A stretch of DNA of 64,000 bases from Terriglobia bacterium (GTDB lineage: Bacteria; Acidobacteriota; Terriglobia; 20CM-2-55-15): assembly GCA_965198225.1 (NCBI GenBank), contig CBDAOY010000006.1, positions 128,001 to 192,000 on the forward strand, written 5' to 3'. A program made the translations under genes and the position numbers. Under the pieces are notes generated by a model that saw only the letters and a list, made by a program, of their open reading frames with translations, was not told the origin of the DNA and ran no database searches. This document shows, piece after piece, positions 38,709 through 48,095 of the stretch; position 1 is the stretch's first letter; each line of letters begins with the position of its first letter.

Positions 38709-40058
38709 ATGCGCGCTGAGCAGGTAACCGAACATGGGGTAACCAGGTCCAGAACTGCGATTCTGTTGTCCGCTGTGGCGCTCATCGCCATAGGTCTGTC
38801 CGTGTCACTGTTCGACGACCCGGGACAGGACTCGGAGTCCGAGTGGGAGGCTATTTCGGGCCGTTTGCTGGACCGGAGCTTCGAGGGCCCGCTGGCGAAC
38901 CCGTTACCATCGACAGACAATCCGAGAAGAACCTCTACCTACATCGGCATCCTGATTGCCGGGCTTCTGTCGATCCTGTATGCCTACCGCCGCCGGAGGT
39001 ATATCGCGGAATGGATCGGTGCGTGGCTGCTCGTCGCGCTGGTGGGCTACATCATTTCCCGGGGCTATGCGAACGCCGACGAGGCGGGGCTGGCGATGGG
39101 GGTGCTCGAGATTCTAAAGGTGGGGGCGGCGCTCCTGCTCCTTCGCAGCGCGCACAGCTTCGGGGGAACGACCGCGTACTCGAACAAGGATTGGGTACTC
39201 ATTCCTGGCCTCCTGGTGTGGCTTGCCGTCAGCGACGACCGCTTGAGCGTCCCCATGGTTCTGGCGCCCGCGTACATTTTGACAGGCTTGATCCACACCC
39301 GGGCCGCGACCCTGTTCGCGTCGGTTTTCCGACAACGCAGGCTGCTCGGAGCCCTGATGCTGGCTCTCAGCCTGGGCGCGATCGGTGTCGCGAACCTGGC
39401 GTTCGGCACCTTTTTCGAACGCACCCTCACTTCTGACCAGGCGCTCCTTGTTTTTCTCACGGTGAACTCTCTGAGCTTCCTCCTTGCGGCGTTCGGGATG
39501 CATCTGGCTGTCTTCGAAGAAATAGTTCACGAACTGCGGGGGGCCAACCGCGAACTGCGAGAGGCGCAGGGAGAGCTGGAACGCATGGCGACGGTGGACG
39601 CACTGACCGGGTGCAACAATCGCCACTCCCTGGAGCAGAACCTCGACCGGGAACTGGAGCGTCACCGCCGCTACGACACGCCGCTGTCGCTTCTATTTGT
39701 CGATATCGATCGATTCAAGAACATCAACGATTCATTCGGCCACGCCGTCGGCGATCAGGTATTGAAATACGTCGGCGACTTCCTCAGGCACCAGATACGC
39801 GAAGCCGACTATGTGGTCCGATGGGGCGGGGACGAGTTCCTCGTCCTGATGACGTGCAGCGGCGAGGAAGCGGCTGCCAAGGCGAGGGAACTGCGGCAGA
39901 GCCTGGCCGGTGCGGTGGATTCGAACCTTCTGCCGCCAGGATTGAGCCTGAGCATCGGTCACGCCGAGATTCCTTCCGACGCCACCGAAATCCTCTCTTT
40001 CATCCAGCTCGCTGATCAGAATATGTACATGAACAAGATCGGCGGCGAGACCATTTAA
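38709..40058 (+). CDS. Multi-TM membrane diguanylate cyclase (start uncertain)
   Basis: About 8 hydrophobic segments; coiled coil; DALTG, DIDRFKNINDSFGH, RWGGDEF. Confidence 0.9.
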   Translation: MRAEQVTEHGVTRSRTAILLSAVALIAIGLSVSLFDDPGQDSESEWEAISGRLLDRSFEGPLANPLPSTDNPRRTSTYIGILIAGLLSILYAYRRRRYIAEWIGAWLLVALVGYIISRGYANADEAGLAMGVLEILKVGAALLLLRSAHSFGGTTAYSNKDWVLIPGLLVWLAVSDDRLSVPMVLAPAYILTGLIHTRAATLFASVFRQRRLLGALMLALSLGAIGVANLAFGTFFERTLTSDQALLVFLTVNSLSFLLAAFGMHLAVFEEIVHELRGANRELREAQGELERMATVDALTGCNNRHSLEQNLDRELERHRRYDTPLSLLFVDIDRFKNINDSFGHAVGDQVLKYVGDFLRHQIREADYVVRWGGDEFLVLMTCSGEEAAAKARELRQSLAGAVDSNLLPPGLSLSIGHAEIPSDATEILSFIQLADQNMYMNKIGGETI

Positions 40059-40165
40059 TTAGCGTCGGGCCCACCGTCCCACTCTCATCGCACGTCCCGA
40101 GCCGACAAACATGGATCTCAACTGCGGATTCAGGGAACGCCTACGCCGGACGGTCCCCCACGCCG

Positions 40166-40239
40166 GTGTAGGTGCGCTCTATGAGCGCACAAAATGGCCC
40201 TGGATTCACGAGTTGTGCGGTCATAGACCGCACCTACAC
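40166..40239. repeat. GTAG-type REP doublet, copy 3
   Basis: gtgtaggtgcgctctatgagcgcac ... gtgcggtcatagaccgcacctacac. Confidence 0.88.
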
Positions 40240-40347
40240 GTTTGGGCTCTATGATTCGTTCACGTCTTCCATGAGCTTGGGGTCACCAGGCTTCGAGGAC
40301 CCCACGCTATTCGCACCACGAACTCTGTGGCCACGGACAGACCTCGC

Positions 40348-40656
40348 TCACACTTCGATCTCGATGTCACCCTCGGCGACACGAACGGCGTAGCAGGAAA
40401 CTCCGGCCGCCGCTGGAGGTCCGAGTACTTCGCCGCTCGTAACATCGAAGGTTGCACCGTGCCAGGGACACCTGACTTCCTTGCCGGCAATACTTCCCTC
40501 CGAGAGCGAACCACCTACGTGTGTGCACGTGTCGTCGATCGCATAGCACTGCCCGTCCACGTTAAAGAGAGCGACCTGCTTGCCACCGGCCTCGACCTTC
40601 TTTGCCTGCCCGGCCGGAATCTCGTCCATCCTCGCCACCTTTACAAACGTACCCAT
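40348..40656 (-). CDS. Rieske-type [2Fe-2S] ferredoxin
   Basis: CTH...CPWHGATFD. Confidence 0.93.
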   Translation of the reverse strand: MGTFVKVARMDEIPAGQAKKVEAGGKQVALFNVDGQCYAIDDTCTHVGGSLSEGSIAGKEVRCPWHGATFDVTSGEVLGPPAAAGVSCYAVRVAEGDIEIEV

Positions 40657-40738
40657 GTCCTCACCAACCTCCCTCTAGCGTATTTTCGTTTCGCGTTCGG
40701 TAACCTCCCCATCCGACGCGAAGACTCAATGTCTCAAT

Positions 40739-40870
40739 ACATTGCAGGTTTTCGACCGCAGAGTCCACATTGGAAATTCACTAAATCCAGGTTCACAATT
40801 TTTCGAGAATGAAAATTGTAGGGATCCAAGCGATCGGCAATCTCGAATCTCCAATCTCGGATTTCCAATA
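40739..40870. repeat. Remnant of the heptamer-periodic hairpin family
   Basis: acattgcaggtt and gagtccacattggaa are shared with the nuo-region copies; aatctcg-aatctcc-aatctcg-gatttcc tandem. Confidence 0.55.
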
Positions 40871-40992
40871 ATCAGCTCTTCTGCCGCTGCGCCGGGTCGC
40901 TAAGTGAACTTCAAAGCCCTGCCGATAAGAAACTTGGGGAACCGCTGAAAGTCCCGGTCTATTCAGGAACATACAGCGACATCGAGCAGGAC

Positions 40993-42723
40993 ATGCGGAT
41001 ATTAAGGAAGGACGAGATCGAGCCTGTATTCGAGGGCGCGACCGAGGGTGGCGAGGTTGTGCCGTTTGCGCCACGTTTGCGTCTGGTCCGGGGCGAGCGC
41101 TCGCCGGACCCGGATGATCTGGTCGAGCGATTGGAGCAACTCAATCAGGTCGGTGTCGCGCTCTCGGGGGAAACCGACATCGATCGGTTGCTGGAAACCA
41201 TCCTGGTTGCGGCGCAGACAACGACCAATGCCGACGGGGGGACGATCTACCGTGTCACCGAGGAGCGCACGCTCCAGTTCGAGATGTTGCGAACCGATTC
41301 GCTCGACATCGCGATGGGCGGGGCAACTGGTTCAGAGGTTCCGTTCGGCCCTCTACAACTGTACGACGGGGAAGGTCAGCCGATCCATTCGAATGTCGTG
41401 GCCTACGCCTACCACCACGACACTTCGCTCAACATCACGGACGCCTACACTGAAGAGGGTTTTGATTTCTCCGGTACCAGGGAGTTCGACCGGAAGACCG
41501 GCTATCGCTCGAAGTCTTTCCTGACCGTACCGATGAAGAACCACCAGAACGAGATCATCGGCGTCCTGCAGTTGCTGAACGCCACGGAACGGGCAACCGG
41601 TAGCGTCGTAGGATTCTCATCGGAGGACCAGCAACTAGCCGAGTCGCTGGCGTCACAGGCTGCGATCGCGCTCACCAATCGCCTGCTGATCACCCATCTG
41701 GAGAACCTGTTCGAGTCGTTCATAGACCTCGTCAACGGCGCAATCGACGACAAGTCACCATATACGGGCGCACATTGCGATCGCGTACCGCTGCTGACCA
41801 TGCTGCTGGCAGAAGCGGTCAACGACTGCAGCGTCGGACCGCTCCGAAGCTTCACGATGAGCGACAAGGACCGGCACGAGCTCAAGATCGCCGGACTCCT
41901 GCACGACTGCGGCAAGGTCACCACTCCGGTACACGTCGTCGACAAGGCAACCAAGCTGGAAACGATTCACGATCGCATCGCGACGATCGACACTCGTTTC
42001 GAAGTGATTCGACGGGACGCCGAAATCGCCATGCTTCAGGCAAAGCTCGACGCCCAGAGCGCCGGCAGAATCGAAACCGATTTCGTACAGCGTGTGCAGG
42101 AAATCGAAGAAGACCGCGAGTTCCTCCGTTTTTGCAACGTCGGCGGCGAGGCTATGAAGCCGGAACACGTTCAGAGAGTGAAAGACATCTCGGAGAAGTA
42201 CCGCTGGAGCGACCCCGAGGGCCGTCGGAGGGACTTCCTGACCGACGACGAGGTCCAGAACCTGACGATACGCCGCGGCACCTTGACCGACGCGGAGCGT
42301 CAGATCATCAACCGTCACATCGAGGTTACAAACCAGATGCTCGAGGCGCTGCCGTGGCCGAACCACCTCAAGAACGTGCCCGAGTACGCGGGCGGCCATC
42401 ACGAACGTATGGACGGCAAGGGTTATCCGCGCGGTCTGACTCGTGAACAGATGTCCGTACAGGCCCGGTGCATGGGGATCGCCGACATCTTCGAGGCCCT
42501 CACCGCCGCGGATCGGCCCTATAAGAAAGCCAAGACCCTGTCGGAATCGCTCGAGATTCTGGGCAGGCTGAAACTCGACGGGCATATCGACCCGGATCTG
42601 TTCGACGTGTTCGTGTGGGAAAAAGTCTACCTGAAGTATGCCAGGCAGTACTTGGACTCCGACCAGATCGACGATGTGGATCTCTCAAAGATTCCCGGCT
42701 ACGTGCCCCCGCCTTCCGCCTGA
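40993..42723 (+). CDS. GAF + HD-GYP cyclic dinucleotide phosphodiesterase
   Basis: GAF (FDRKTGYRSKSFLTVPM, GVLQLLN); LLHDCGK; HHERMDGKGYP; IADIFEALTA.DRPYK. Confidence 0.92.
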   Translation: MRILRKDEIEPVFEGATEGGEVVPFAPRLRLVRGERSPDPDDLVERLEQLNQVGVALSGETDIDRLLETILVAAQTTTNADGGTIYRVTEERTLQFEMLRTDSLDIAMGGATGSEVPFGPLQLYDGEGQPIHSNVVAYAYHHDTSLNITDAYTEEGFDFSGTREFDRKTGYRSKSFLTVPMKNHQNEIIGVLQLLNATERATGSVVGFSSEDQQLAESLASQAAIALTNRLLITHLENLFESFIDLVNGAIDDKSPYTGAHCDRVPLLTMLLAEAVNDCSVGPLRSFTMSDKDRHELKIAGLLHDCGKVTTPVHVVDKATKLETIHDRIATIDTRFEVIRRDAEIAMLQAKLDAQSAGRIETDFVQRVQEIEEDREFLRFCNVGGEAMKPEHVQRVKDISEKYRWSDPEGRRRDFLTDDEVQNLTIRRGTLTDAERQIINRHIEVTNQMLEALPWPNHLKNVPEYAGGHHERMDGKGYPRGLTREQMSVQARCMGIADIFEALTAADRPYKKAKTLSESLEILGRLKLDGHIDPDLFDVFVWEKVYLKYARQYLDSDQIDDVDLSKIPGYVPPPSA

Positions 42724-42727
42724 AGTA

Positions 42728-42824
42728 TCGGCGATCAGCTCTCGGCAATCAGCTTTTGAGAACCGGTAGTGCTCCGCAGACCTGTACTGGCCTGCCTGGC
42801 TGAAAGCTGAAGGCTGAACGCTGA
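42728..42824. repeat. Inverted heptamer arms (TCAGC/GCTGA) between convergent genes
   Basis: tcggcga-tcagctc-tcggcaa-tcagc pairs with gctgaaa-gctgaag-gctgaac-gctga. Confidence 0.65.
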
Positions 42825-42833
42825 CCGGCTAAT

Positions 42834-43265
42834 TCACCGGCCAGTGATGTAGTTGATCAGCTCGTGGATGTGGAATTCGTTGTCTTCGACGATGCCCCGC
42901 ACCACGTCGCCGATCGAGATCACGCCGACGACTTTCTCGTCGACCACCACCGGCAGATGACGGACCCGTTTGTCGGTCATGAGGGCCATCGCCTCCTCGA
43001 TCGTGAGCTCGGGACGAGCGCAGATGACCGGAAAGGACATGATCTCGCGAACCTGGATTTCCCGCGACGCCTTCCCCTGCAGAATCACCTTGCGAGCGTA
43101 GTCACGCTCGGAAACGATGCCGACGAGCCGCTCGGCCTCCATGACCAGCAGCGCTCCGACACCCCTCTTCGCCATCTGATCGATCGCCTCGTAGACCGTG
43201 GCGTCCGGGGTCAGGGACCAGATTTCCCGACCCTTGTCGTTCAGGAGATGGGAGATCAGCTTCAT
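42834..43265 (-). CDS. CBS domain pair protein
   Basis: LVGIVSERDYARKV, VRHLPVV, GVISIGDVV. Confidence 0.92.
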   Translation of the reverse strand: MKLISHLLNDKGREIWSLTPDATVYEAIDQMAKRGVGALLVMEAERLVGIVSERDYARKVILQGKASREIQVREIMSFPVICARPELTIEEAMALMTDKRVRHLPVVVDEKVVGVISIGDVVRGIVEDNEFHIHELINYITGR

Positions 43266-43320
43266 GGAAACCTGCCTCGTCAGGGAGTTGCGGCTATGAG
43301 GTTAGCATTCACTCAGATTC

Positions 43321-43550
43321 CCGGCCAATGACAAATCGAGCAATTTCCAACCTCCAACTTCCGATCCGGACTTGTACATTAATAAACCTGCGATAGATGG
43401 ACTCGTCTGTCCTATCGCACATCGCGATATCTGAACAATCCACATTGCAGGTTGCTCATTGGAAATTGCTTCATTTCAGATCTATTTCTTGGCCGAAACT
43501 CCGGCCAATTACGAATCGGGCATTTTCCGATCTCCGATTTCGAATGCGGC
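43321..43550 (-). repeat. Heptamer-periodic long hairpin element (arm1-arm2-arm1), inverted orientation
   Basis: Reverse complement of 43411-43481 matches atctgaaatgaagcaattt...gcgatagg at 51476, 54195 and 58956. Confidence 0.85.
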
Positions 43551-43760
43551 CGGACCTTTGGGTTCCACGGAGGCCGCAAAGCGTTGTAGACTATCCGCGC
43601 GTTTCCGCACAAAAGACCAAAACCCCGGTCGGACTACTGGAAAGGGACCAACAGAAATCATGAGAAGGTTGTCGCTCGGCAACGTTGTCGACTGGACCAG
43701 AGCTCGAAGTCACGCGGTCCACTACTGCGAGATTCACATCTCCGGCAATCAACCCGGCTA

Positions 43761-44294
43761 ATGACCTTGCTTACCGCAACCTTCTATTACCTGGCGGCCG
43801 CCAGTGTCGCAAGCGCCCTCCTCGCCGTTACACGCAAGAACCCGGTCCACAGCATGCTCTGGGTTCTGGCTCTCTTCCTGCACGTGGCGGGCATCTTCCT
43901 GCTTCTGAGTGCGGAGTTCCTTGCAGCAGTCCAGGTCATCGTGTACGCGGGCGCGATCCTGGTTTTCTACCTCTTTGTCCTGATGCTGCTCGACCTTCCC
44001 GGCGAGGAGGCGCGAACACCCTTCGGCGCCCACTGGCCGTTCGCCGCCTTGGCGGGCCTTTCTTTCGCCGTCCTGGCCTGGCTCTCGCAAGTCGAAAGCA
44101 TCGACCCGATTGCGGCCGGGGTCGCACCGCCCGCAGCCGCTACGGAGGGAGGTGCGCCTCTGGGAAGTCTGGCGGACGTGGGTATGGCACTCTTCGGTCC
44201 TTTCGCTCTACCTTTCGAAATGGCCTCGCTGATACTCCTGGCCGCGATCGTGGGCGCGGTCGTGCTCGCAAGGAAGAGGACTACAGAAGCATGA
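43761..44294 (+). CDS. nuoJ: NADH-quinone oxidoreductase subunit J
   Basis: KNPVHS, AEFLAAVQVIVYAGAILV, LPFEMASLILLAAIVGAVVLA. Confidence 0.95.
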   Translation: MTLLTATFYYLAAASVASALLAVTRKNPVHSMLWVLALFLHVAGIFLLLSAEFLAAVQVIVYAGAILVFYLFVLMLLDLPGEEARTPFGAHWPFAALAGLSFAVLAWLSQVESIDPIAAGVAPPAAATEGGAPLGSLADVGMALFGPFALPFEMASLILLAAIVGAVVLARKRTTEA

Positions 44295-44596
44295 TTGTTC
44301 CGCTGGGTACGATCGTGGGATTGAGCGCTATCCTCTTCGGGATCGGTGTGTTCGGTTTCCTGGCACGGCGCAACATCATCCTGATGTTCGTCTCTGTCGA
44401 GATCATGCTCAATGCGGTTAACCTCAGCCTGGCCGGCTTCAGCCGGTACTTCGAAGATCCGCGGGGGCAGGTCCTGGCCCTTTTCGTGATCGCCGTCGCG
44501 GCCGCGGAGGCAGGGGTGGGGCTGGGGCTCGTGATTGCTTTGAACCGGAACCAGCCCGGAGCCGGCGTGGCGGACCTGACCAAGCTCAAATGGTGA
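44291..44596 (+). CDS. nuoK: NADH-quinone oxidoreductase subunit K
   Basis: RRNII..SVEIMLNAVNL, GQV..FVIAVAAAEAGVGL. Confidence 0.95.
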   Translation: MIVPLGTIVGLSAILFGIGVFGFLARRNIILMFVSVEIMLNAVNLSLAGFSRYFEDPRGQVLALFVIAVAAAEAGVGLGLVIALNRNQPGAGVADLTKLKW

Positions 44597-46056
44597 ATTC
44601 TTCCGTCATCCCCCTTCTCGCGGTACTCGCCCCGGCCCTGGGCGCGCTCCTGATCGCATTTACTGGCGAGCGTCGCGCCAACCTGAGGGAGTTCTGGTCC
44701 GTGGCGGCCGGTGTTGTGATGTTCGCTCTGGTCGCCGCCATGATTCCGGAGGCGCTGGCCGGCCGAACGCCGGGCCTTGTGCTCTTTCGGATCCTCCCGG
44801 GGGTCGAACTCGCCTTCCGGGTGGACGCATTCGGTCTGCTCTTTGCCTCGGGGGCATCGCTGCTCTGGGTCCTGACTTCGTTCTACTCGATCGGCTACAT
44901 GCGTTCGCTCAAAGAGCACGCGCAGACGCGCTACTTTGCCTGTTTCGCCCTGGCCCTTTCCGCGACCATCGGCGTCGCGTTCTCGGCGAACCTTTTCACG
45001 CTGTTTCTGTTCTATGAAGGCCTGACGCTGGTGACCTACCCTCTCGTGGGTCATAAGGAGACTGCCGAGGCCCGTGCGGGGGCCCGCAAGTACGTCATCT
45101 ATCTTCTTGGTGCGGCGAAGGTGTTCCTGATCGCCGCGATCATCCTCACTTACAACGTAGCCGGAACTCTGGACTTCAAGAGCGGCGGCATCCTGCCGGC
45201 CAGCCAGATCGCGGAGCAGTCCACGCTTCTCTTCATGATCTTTGCTCTCTTCCTGTTCGGATTCGCCAAGAACGCGCTCATGCCGCTGCACAGCTGGCTT
45301 CCGGCGGCCATGGTGGCGCCCACGCCCGTGAGCGCGTTGCTGCACGCCGTTGCCGTAGTCAAGACCGGGGTCTTCTCCACGCTCCGGGTTTTCCTGTTTG
45401 TCTTCGGAGCGGACGCCATGCGCCAACTGGGAGCGGACCACCTGGCACTGGGGGCCGCGTCGGTAACGATCCTGGTCGCCTCGCTCCTCGCCCTGGGCCA
45501 GGACAACCTCAAAGCCCGGCTGGCTTTTTCGACGGTGAGCCAGCTCTCCTACATCATCCTGGGAGCGGCGCTCCTGAACGCCAGCGGGGTGCTGGGCGGC
45601 GTTGCCCATATTACGAACCACGCCGTGTCGAAGATCACGCTCTTCTTGTGCGCAGGCTCGATCTACGTGTCGACGCACAAGACTGAAATCAGCCAGATGT
45701 CCGGCCTGGCGCGGCGCATGCCTTGGACCATGGCTGCGTTCTCGCTCGCGTCGCTGAGCATCGTGGGCATTCCCCTCACTAGCGGCTTCGTATCCAAGTG
45801 GTATCTGGTCCTCGGCGCGGTGGAAAGCCAGACCCTCGTCCTGTTGGGCGTCCTGTTGGCCAGCTCGCTGCTGAGTGCGGCCTACCTCGGCCCGATCGTC
45901 TACCAGGCTTACTTCGGCGAGGAATCGCCGTCCGGCGAGGAGGTTCGCGAAGTTCCATGGATGGTCGCGCCCCTGGCCATCAGCGCGGCAGCCAGCCTGC
46001 TGCTGGGCCTCTTCCCTGCTCCTGTCCTCGAACTCGCCGGAAGGGTGATCCCGTGA
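44590..46056 (+). CDS. MrpD-like antiporter subunit (extra proton-pumping module)
   Basis: RANLREFWS, FRVDAFG, YSIGYM, FYE..TL.TYPLV.H, PLHSWLPAAMVAPTPVSALLHAVAVVK, LKARLAFSTVSQLSY. Confidence 0.88.
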   Translation: MVNSSVIPLLAVLAPALGALLIAFTGERRANLREFWSVAAGVVMFALVAAMIPEALAGRTPGLVLFRILPGVELAFRVDAFGLLFASGASLLWVLTSFYSIGYMRSLKEHAQTRYFACFALALSATIGVAFSANLFTLFLFYEGLTLVTYPLVGHKETAEARAGARKYVIYLLGAAKVFLIAAIILTYNVAGTLDFKSGGILPASQIAEQSTLLFMIFALFLFGFAKNALMPLHSWLPAAMVAPTPVSALLHAVAVVKTGVFSTLRVFLFVFGADAMRQLGADHLALGAASVTILVASLLALGQDNLKARLAFSTVSQLSYIILGAALLNASGVLGGVAHITNHAVSKITLFLCAGSIYVSTHKTEISQMSGLARRMPWTMAAFSLASLSIVGIPLTSGFVSKWYLVLGAVESQTLVLLGVLLASSLLSAAYLGPIVYQAYFGEESPSGEEVREVPWMVAPLAISAAASLLLGLFPAPVLELAGRVIP

Positions 46057-46316
46057 ACTTCCTCGAGAGACATCTGGAAGATCCCGTTCGCTTCGCCCGG
46101 ATAAAGCGCGTGTTCTATATTGTCCTGGCTGTTGTGGCAGCGGCGGAAATCGTTCTGCCACTGATCTTCCACGGGAGCGAACACCACTTCTCGTTCGAGA
46201 GCTTTCCCGCCTGGGGTTCGGTCTACGGCCTGGTTTCCTGCGTTGCGATCATCGTCGTGTCCAAGCTGATAGGAAAGGTGTGGCTCATGCGCCGCGAGGA
46301 CTACTATGACCGCTAG
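46053..46316 (+). CDS. Small 2-TM Mrp-cluster-associated membrane protein
   Basis: GTG overlaps the upstream stop; 87 aa; YGLVSCV, C-terminal RREDYYDR. Confidence 0.75.
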   Translation: MNFLERHLEDPVRFARIKRVFYIVLAVVAAAEIVLPLIFHGSEHHFSFESFPAWGSVYGLVSCVAIIVVSKLIGKVWLMRREDYYDR

Positions 46317-46328
46317 GCGGGTGCGTCC

Positions 46329-48095
46329 ATGAATCTGGAATGGGTACACCCGGGACTCCTGCTCATCCTGGGCGCGTGGATTCTGCCGCTTCTCAGGGGC
46401 CGGGTCAAGCGCGCGGCGATGCTCGCCCTTCCCGCCGCAGCCCTCATCGATTGCCTGCTAATGACACCCGGAACCTACGGAGTGGCGAGCTTCCTCGGTC
46501 AGGACGTCGTGTTCGGCAGGGTCGACAGCCTGAGCCTGGTCTTTTCCTACGTCTTTTCGCTGATGGCTTTCCTGGGAATGGTTTACGCCCTCCATGTGGA
46601 AGACGATTCCCAGCACGTGGCCGCCCTGACCTACGCGGGGGGTGCGCTGGGGGTGACGTTCGCCGGAGACTTCCTCTCCTTCTACGTTTTCTGGGAGCTC
46701 ATGGCGATTTCATCGGCGCTGCTGGTGTGGCTGCGCCGCGAACCGGGCGCTACGGCGGCCGGGTTCCGGTACCTTCTGGTCCACCTGGTGGGCGGGCTCA
46801 TCCTCCTGGCGGGAATCGTGCTTCACTGGTCCCAGACCGGCTCACTTTCCTTCGGAGACATGGGAGCGTTTTCCGGAAGCATGGCATGGGCCCTGATCCT
46901 CGTCGCCTTTCTGCTGAACGCCGCGGTTCCGCCCCTCGGCGCATGGCTTCCCGACGCCTACCCCGAAGCCACCGTCACGGGCGCGGTTTTCATGACCGCT
47001 TTCACGACGAAGTCCGCCGTCTACGCACTGATCCGCGGTTTCGCCGGTACGGAAATCCTGGTGTGGCTGGGGGCGATCATGGCCATCTACGGCGTGGTTT
47101 ACGCCGTGTTGGAAAACGACGCGCGGCGGCTGCTCGCCTACCACATCGTCAGCCAGGTCGGCTACATGGTCTGCGGGGTGGGAATCGGCACAGCCCTGGC
47201 CCTGAACGGCGCCTCGGCCCACGCCTTCGCTCACATCATTTACAAGGCGCTTCTATTCATGGGAGCCGGCGCCGTCCTCGAGATGACGGGTTTCAGAAAG
47301 CTGAACGAAATGGGCGGACTCTACAAGACCATGCCGGTCACGCTCGGCCTCTACATGATCGGCGCCTTCGCCATCTCGGCCGTACCCCTGTTCAGCGGAT
47401 TCGTGAGCAAGTCCATGGTGGTTTCCGCCGCCGGCGAAGAACACCTGGCGGCGATCTTTCTCATGCTGACCCTCGCCTCGGCCGGGACTTTCCTTCACAC
47501 CGGTCTCAAGCTTCCTTATTACATGTTCTTCGGCAAGGATTCGGGTACGCGCGCCGCAGAGCCGCCCAGGAACATGCTCGTGGCCATGGGGCTTGCCGCG
47601 GCTGCGTGTGTGTTGATCGGCGTTTTCCCGGGACTCCTGTACCCGCATCTTCCGTACCCGGCGGATTACCTTCCGTATACCCTTGCCCACGTGACGAACA
47701 CGCTCGGGATCCTGGCCTTCACGGCGCTGGGATTCTTCCTTCTGCTGAAGCACCTGGACCCGGAACCCAAGATCAGCCTCGACACGGACTGGTTCTACCG
47801 TCGGGGTTCGGCCGGCTTCTTGAAGCTTGTCCAGAGTCCTCTGACGCGTCTCGAGTACGGCTTCGTCGGAGAGATCTATGAGTTTGTGATACGTCGTCCC
47901 GTCTTGAGTGCGGCGAGCGTCCTGCGCAAGTTCGACACCCTCGTTGTCGATTCGGCGGCACTGGGCGTGGGCCGTTCGAGCCAATCCTTGAGCCAGATCC
48001 TGAGGAGGGTGGTGAGCGGCCACACGCAGCAGTACGGGCTGCTCATGGCGGCCGGCATCCTCGCGCTCCTGGTCCTGGCGGTGCTCGCGCGATGA
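46329..48095 (+). CDS. MrpD-like antiporter subunit with NuoL-type C-terminal lateral helix
   Basis: FWELMA, NAAVPPLGAWLPDAYPEATVTGAVF, RRLLAYHIVSQVGYM; tail D.FY...EIYE..I.RP...FD..VVD...SG..QQY followed by a TM. Confidence 0.85.
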   Translation: MNLEWVHPGLLLILGAWILPLLRGRVKRAAMLALPAAALIDCLLMTPGTYGVASFLGQDVVFGRVDSLSLVFSYVFSLMAFLGMVYALHVEDDSQHVAALTYAGGALGVTFAGDFLSFYVFWELMAISSALLVWLRREPGATAAGFRYLLVHLVGGLILLAGIVLHWSQTGSLSFGDMGAFSGSMAWALILVAFLLNAAVPPLGAWLPDAYPEATVTGAVFMTAFTTKSAVYALIRGFAGTEILVWLGAIMAIYGVVYAVLENDARRLLAYHIVSQVGYMVCGVGIGTALALNGASAHAFAHIIYKALLFMGAGAVLEMTGFRKLNEMGGLYKTMPVTLGLYMIGAFAISAVPLFSGFVSKSMVVSAAGEEHLAAIFLMLTLASAGTFLHTGLKLPYYMFFGKDSGTRAAEPPRNMLVAMGLAAAACVLIGVFPGLLYPHLPYPADYLPYTLAHVTNTLGILAFTALGFFLLLKHLDPEPKISLDTDWFYRRGSAGFLKLVQSPLTRLEYGFVGEIYEFVIRRPVLSAASVLRKFDTLVVDSAALGVGRSSQSLSQILRRVVSGHTQQYGLLMAAGILALLVLAVLAR

